A stretch of 64,000 nucleotides of DNA, from positions 3,965-67,964 of IMG/VR virus record IMGVR_UViG_3300032004_000003. One strand, given 5' to 3'. A program made the translations under genes and the position numbers. This document shows, piece by piece, positions 60,839-64,000 of this stretch. This DNA is from a virus (lineage: Duplodnaviria; Caudoviricetes). The first letter of the stretch is position 1. Each line of letters opens with the position of its first letter. The notes under the pieces are model-generated. The model had not been told where the DNA came from and did no database searches. It worked only from the letters and a program-made list of their open reading frames with translations.

Positions 60839-61662
60839 AGCAGCTCATCCCGGCCCGGCATGTGCAGACCATAGCCCCGAAAGTTCACAACGTTGTCGAA
60901 TTTATCCTTGCAGGTTGAGATCTGCTTGTTGCAGCCGACGTCGAGGCTGAACGTGTCGCCGACGGTCATGCCCAGCGGTGGCGCGACCATCAGCTCGATC
61001 CGCCCGACGGTGTAGGCGCGGATGTCGCTGGTCAGCCCGGCGCCGTTGCCGCTGGTCCAGGTGACGAGGCCGTTCTCCCAAAAGCCGTCGGACTCGCTCA
61101 GCCCGACCGTGAACACCCGGTCGCTGACCACGGACGCCACGGCTCCCGTCCGGTGCCAGCCGCTGATGTCCTTCTTGCAGCGCTCGTCGCCGAGATCGGC
61201 CAGGCACTCGGTCGAGTACAATTCCACGATCTCGTTGGTGAGCCGCTTGGCCAGCCCCTCGACCTCGGCCACGTAGTCGTTGTCGCGCACCGTCAGCCGG
61301 CCGATCCAGCCGCGCATCAGCTTCAGCGGGCCCTGGCTGCTGTCAGCCCAGTTGACCCGGAACACGAACACCTCGGCGCCCTTGAACCGGCCCGAGGCCA
61401 GATCGGCGGCGGTGATCGCGTCGCTGGTCAAAAGCGCGGTGATCTCCAGATTGCCGACCCGGTTGCCGGCCTGGCTATCGATCGCGCTGCGGCTGATGCC
61501 GGTGGCGGCGGCGTAGGTCACGCCGTCGATGATCAGGTCAGCGTCGTGGTCGGTGAAGCCCATCACCACGCCGTCCTGGCGCGCGACGCGCCAGCAGGTG
61601 GCCAGGGTGAGCTGCGTCCCGGCAAGGTGCGTCGCGAGCCCGGCGCTGACCGTCTTGGTCAC
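60808..61662 (-). CDS. DUF2163 baseplate hub protein (GTA-like)
   Basis: LATCWRVARQDGVVMGFTDHD; CLADLGDERC; GCNKQISTCKDKFDNVVNFRG. Confidence 0.92.
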   Translation of the reverse strand: MTKTVSAGLATHLAGTQLTLATCWRVARQDGVVMGFTDHDADLIIDGVTYAAATGISRSAIDSQAGNRVGNLEITALLTSDAITAADLASGRFKGAEVFVFRVNWADSSQGPLKLMRGWIGRLTVRDNDYVAEVEGLAKRLTNEIVELYSTECLADLGDERCKKDISGWHRTGAVASVVSDRVFTVGLSESDGFWENGLVTWTSGNGAGLTSDIRAYTVGRIELMVAPPLGMTVGDTFSLDVGCNKQISTCKDKFDNVVNFRGYGLHMPGRDELLWYATPKPTS

Positions 61663-61916
61663 CTGGGCGGGGTCGTCAGGCTGGTGGTGATCGTCCGGGT
61701 GGCGCGCACCCGGCCGTAGACCGACACCGCCCCGGTCAGGACCAGGATCACCGCGTCGGCCGGCAGGTTGATGCCGGCGGCGCTGAGCCCGGCGACGATC
61801 ACCGTGGCCAGCCCGCCGAGCACGCCGGTGCTTTGCCACCACGGCTTGGGCGGGGCCGTGGCCAGCGGCGGCGGGTCGAGGTCGACCTTGAGGTTCTGGT
61901 AGTCGGGGTTGAACAC
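61659..61916 (-). CDS. Small two-TM holin-like protein
   Basis: KPWWQSTGVLG...GAVSVYGRVRAT. Confidence 0.6.
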   Translation of the reverse strand: MFNPDYQNLKVDLDPPPLATAPPKPWWQSTGVLGGLATVIVAGLSAAGINLPADAVILVLTGAVSVYGRVRATRTITTSLTTPPR

Positions 61917-61964
61917 GGCGGCGGTCTCCTTGTGGCTAGCGGAGAGCTATCAGCTACCAGGGAG

Positions 61965-62321
61965 CTAGCTGGTATCCCGAACCTGCACGATGTCGACGTC
62001 GGCGAAATGGCCCTCGAAATACTGGGTCGTGACCTGCATCGCGTCCTCGGCGAAGCGGACGCGGTATTGGGTCGAGGTCACCGGGTCGGTGAGCAAAAAG
62101 CTGTCCCAGGCGCCCCGGCGCGCTTCGATGAACGCCACCAGGGTGACGCGCTCGGCCTCGGTCATGTTGGACAGCGGCAGCCGCCAGCGGCGCAGCGGCG
62201 TGCTCCATTGCGCGTTGCGCTGCTCGTGCCCGCCGGTCGTGGTGACGATCTGCGTCGAGTAGGCCGGCGCCACGCTGAGCCCGAAGGCGATCAAGGACAT
62301 GGGAAACGTGGCGTCGCTCAT
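61965..62321 (-). CDS. DUF2460 distal tail protein, short form (118 aa)
   Basis: GLSVAPAYSTQIVTTTGGHEQRNAQWS; FIEARRGAWDSFLLTDP; VRFAEDAM. Confidence 0.85.
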   Translation of the reverse strand: MSDATFPMSLIAFGLSVAPAYSTQIVTTTGGHEQRNAQWSTPLRRWRLPLSNMTEAERVTLVAFIEARRGAWDSFLLTDPVTSTQYRVRFAEDAMQVTTQYFEGHFADVDIVQVRDTS

Positions 62322-64000
62322 GCGCCGTGCCTCCGCGCCATGTCGACCGCGCGCCGCGTGTGCGCCGCCAGCTGCGCCGGGGTGTAGCCGGCGGCGTAGC
62401 GCTGCTGATCGGCGGCCATGCCCGGCGCCGCCTGGAACTGCAGGGTCACCGCCACCGGTCCGCCCGTGTCGTCCATGCCGGATGGCTTGCCGCGCGTCCG
62501 CTGCGCCCGCAGCTCGCGCACCACGTCGTGCGACAGGACACGCTCGCCGGCGTGCAGGATCGCCGGCACCTCGTCCGCCGCCAGGTGCCCGCCCGCGAAC
62601 CGCGGCGCCCCGGCCCACAGCGCCGCCGGCAGCCCGCCGCGCATCGCCCCGCCCGCCGGCACGCTGCCGCCGGTGCGGTAGGGACGCGCGGCGCCGCCGG
62701 GGCCGCCGATGGTGACCGGGGTGCCCGCCGCGGTGGAATTGGCGGTGGCGGTGGCGGGCGCGCCGCCGAAATAGCCGGCCGCGGCGCTGATGCCGGTGCC
62801 GACCAGCCCGGAGAGGAAATTGGCCAGAGGCTCGGTGACCAGCTTGCGGGTCATCATCTGCACCAGCTGGTTCTCGATGTCGGACAGCACGTCCTTGACG
62901 TCCTCGCCTTCCAGCGCCGCCCGGGTGAAGCCGTCGGCGAGCGCGTCGCCCCAGCCCTCGGCGATGTCCTCGAGCCGCTTTTGCTGCTCCTCCTGCCGTT
63001 CCAGCTCCTCGCGCTGGCGCTCGCGGTCGGCCAGGGCACCCTGCAGCTCGGCGCGCTCGCCGGGCAGCAGCTCGCGCCCCATGCGCTCCTCCATGGCGAG
63101 GATGTCGCCCATGACGGCGCGGTAGGCCTCGCGCTCCTTGGGCATCATGCGGACGCTGGCCAGCTGCATCTGCAGCTCCTTGGTCTCGCCGCGGGCGTCC
63201 TTGATGCCTTCCTTGAGGTCGCGCGCCTGCTCGGCCCGCTCGAGCGCTTCCGCCAGCTTGCCGACCGCCACGGCTTCGGCCTCGGCCTTGTCCGGCGCCA
63301 CGTCGGCATCAATCAGCTTCTGCTTGGTCTCGAGATAGGCCAGCTCGCGCGCCCGCGCCTCGGACGTCGCATCGACCAGCTCAACCTCGCGCTGCGCCGC
63401 GCCGAGATCGACCCGCAGGCCGCGGCGCTCCTCGCCGCTCGCCTTGAGCGCGTTGATCTGCTCCAGCTTGCTCGCCTGATCGGCCAGCGCCGCCGCCTCG
63501 GCCTCGGCCTGCGCGGCACCGATCCCGCCCGCGGTCAGCTCCTGCTTGGTCTGCAGCAGCACCAGCTCGCGGGCGCGGGCGCCGGACGTCGCGTCGACCA
63601 GCGCCAGCTCGCGCTCGGCCTGGGCGATCTGGTCGCCCGCGTCCCGGCCTTGCTGGCGGACCTTGCCCAGCGCCTGCGCCGCCTCGTCGGCGCGCACCCG
63701 GGCGTCGATCACCGTGTTGAGCGCCGCGAGCTGCGCGCCGCTGGCCTTGATCTCGGCCTGGTCCAGCTCGCGCTTGGCGGCCAGCTGCGCCGTTTCCGAC
63801 GCGATGGCGAGCGCGCTCTTGTCCCGGGCGCCGGTCAGCGCCAGGACGGCCTGGGCGTAGTCGCGCTCGGCCTGGGCGTCCTTGAGCACGTCGGCGAAGG
63901 TGCGCTTCTTGGCGCCCTTCTTGGCGTCGTCCTTGGGCTTCAGCGGCGCGGGAGGCTTGGGCGCGTTGCGGGCGTCGTAGTCGGGCGCCAGCAGCCCCGC
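62318..64000 (-). CDS. Tail tape measure protein, C-terminal part (runs off the window end)
   Basis: Long helical Ala/Glu/Arg repeats; APRFAGGHLAADEVPAILHAGERVLS C-terminal motif. Confidence 0.9.
   Translation of the reverse strand, partial: AGLLAPDYDARNAPKPPAPLKPKDDAKKGAKKRTFADVLKDAQAERDYAQAVLALTGARDKSALAIASETAQLAAKRELDQAEIKASGAQLAALNTVIDARVRADEAAQALGKVRQQGRDAGDQIAQAERELALVDATSGARARELVLLQTKQELTAGGIGAAQAEAEAAALADQASKLEQINALKASGEERRGLRVDLGAAQREVELVDATSEARARELAYLETKQKLIDADVAPDKAEAEAVAVGKLAEALERAEQARDLKEGIKDARGETKELQMQLASVRMMPKEREAYRAVMGDILAMEERMGRELLPGERAELQGALADRERQREELERQEEQQKRLEDIAEGWGDALADGFTRAALEGEDVKDVLSDIENQLVQMMTRKLVTEPLANFLSGLVGTGISAAAGYFGGAPATATANSTAAGTPVTIGGPGGAARPYRTGGSVPAGGAMRGGLPAALWAGAPRFAGGHLAADEVPAILHAGERVLSHDVVRELRAQRTRGKPSGMDDTGGPVAVTLQFQAAPGMAADQQRYAAGYTPAQLAAHTRRAVDMARRHGA

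Noticed and set aside
1-64000. tRNA, rRNA, IS elements and integrase
   Set aside because: None was recognisable by eye; tRNAscan-SE, ISEScan and HMM searches would be needed to exclude them formally.

Overview
The whole window is one high-GC (roughly 70% by eye, not computed) tailed-phage or prophage genome of siphovirus type. Its GTA-like tail-tip module (DUF2460, DUF2163, NlpC/P60, large host-specificity protein, DUF2793) suggests an alphaproteobacterial host. The window looks circularly permuted: it starts in the tail terminator and ends in the tape measure gene. The minus strand carries packaging genes (terS, SNase, terL), portal, MuF minor head protein, scaffold, P22-like coat protein, a large block of DNA methyltransferase, sugar methyltransferase and glycosyltransferase genes, neck genes and tail genes. 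The middle holds a CI-like repressor, an HNH-SF2 helicase fusion, recombination genes (Gp157, SSAP), a replication initiator with internal iterons, many small early genes and an amidase endolysin. I saw no integrase, tRNA or canonical CRISPR array. The standout element lies between the terminase region and the portal gene. It is a self-contained minus-strand cassette: sigma70-like promoter, then a 234-aa RAMP/Cas7-like protein, then a 180-aa conserved protein, then a 903-bp non-coding array. The array has 184 fixed GGY-type triplets separated by variable dinucleotides and is cut into 16 units by single-base hinges. This looks like a phage-encoded RNA-guided system with a non-contiguous (gapped) guide code. 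It matches my unverified recollection of recently reported VIPR-type systems. Other notable items are a MuF-Nudix-zincin fusion with a candidate immunity ORF, a probable virion glycosylation pathway, two paralogous antisense sRNA-like elements with anti-SD motifs, and two accessory genes each flanked by direct repeats.
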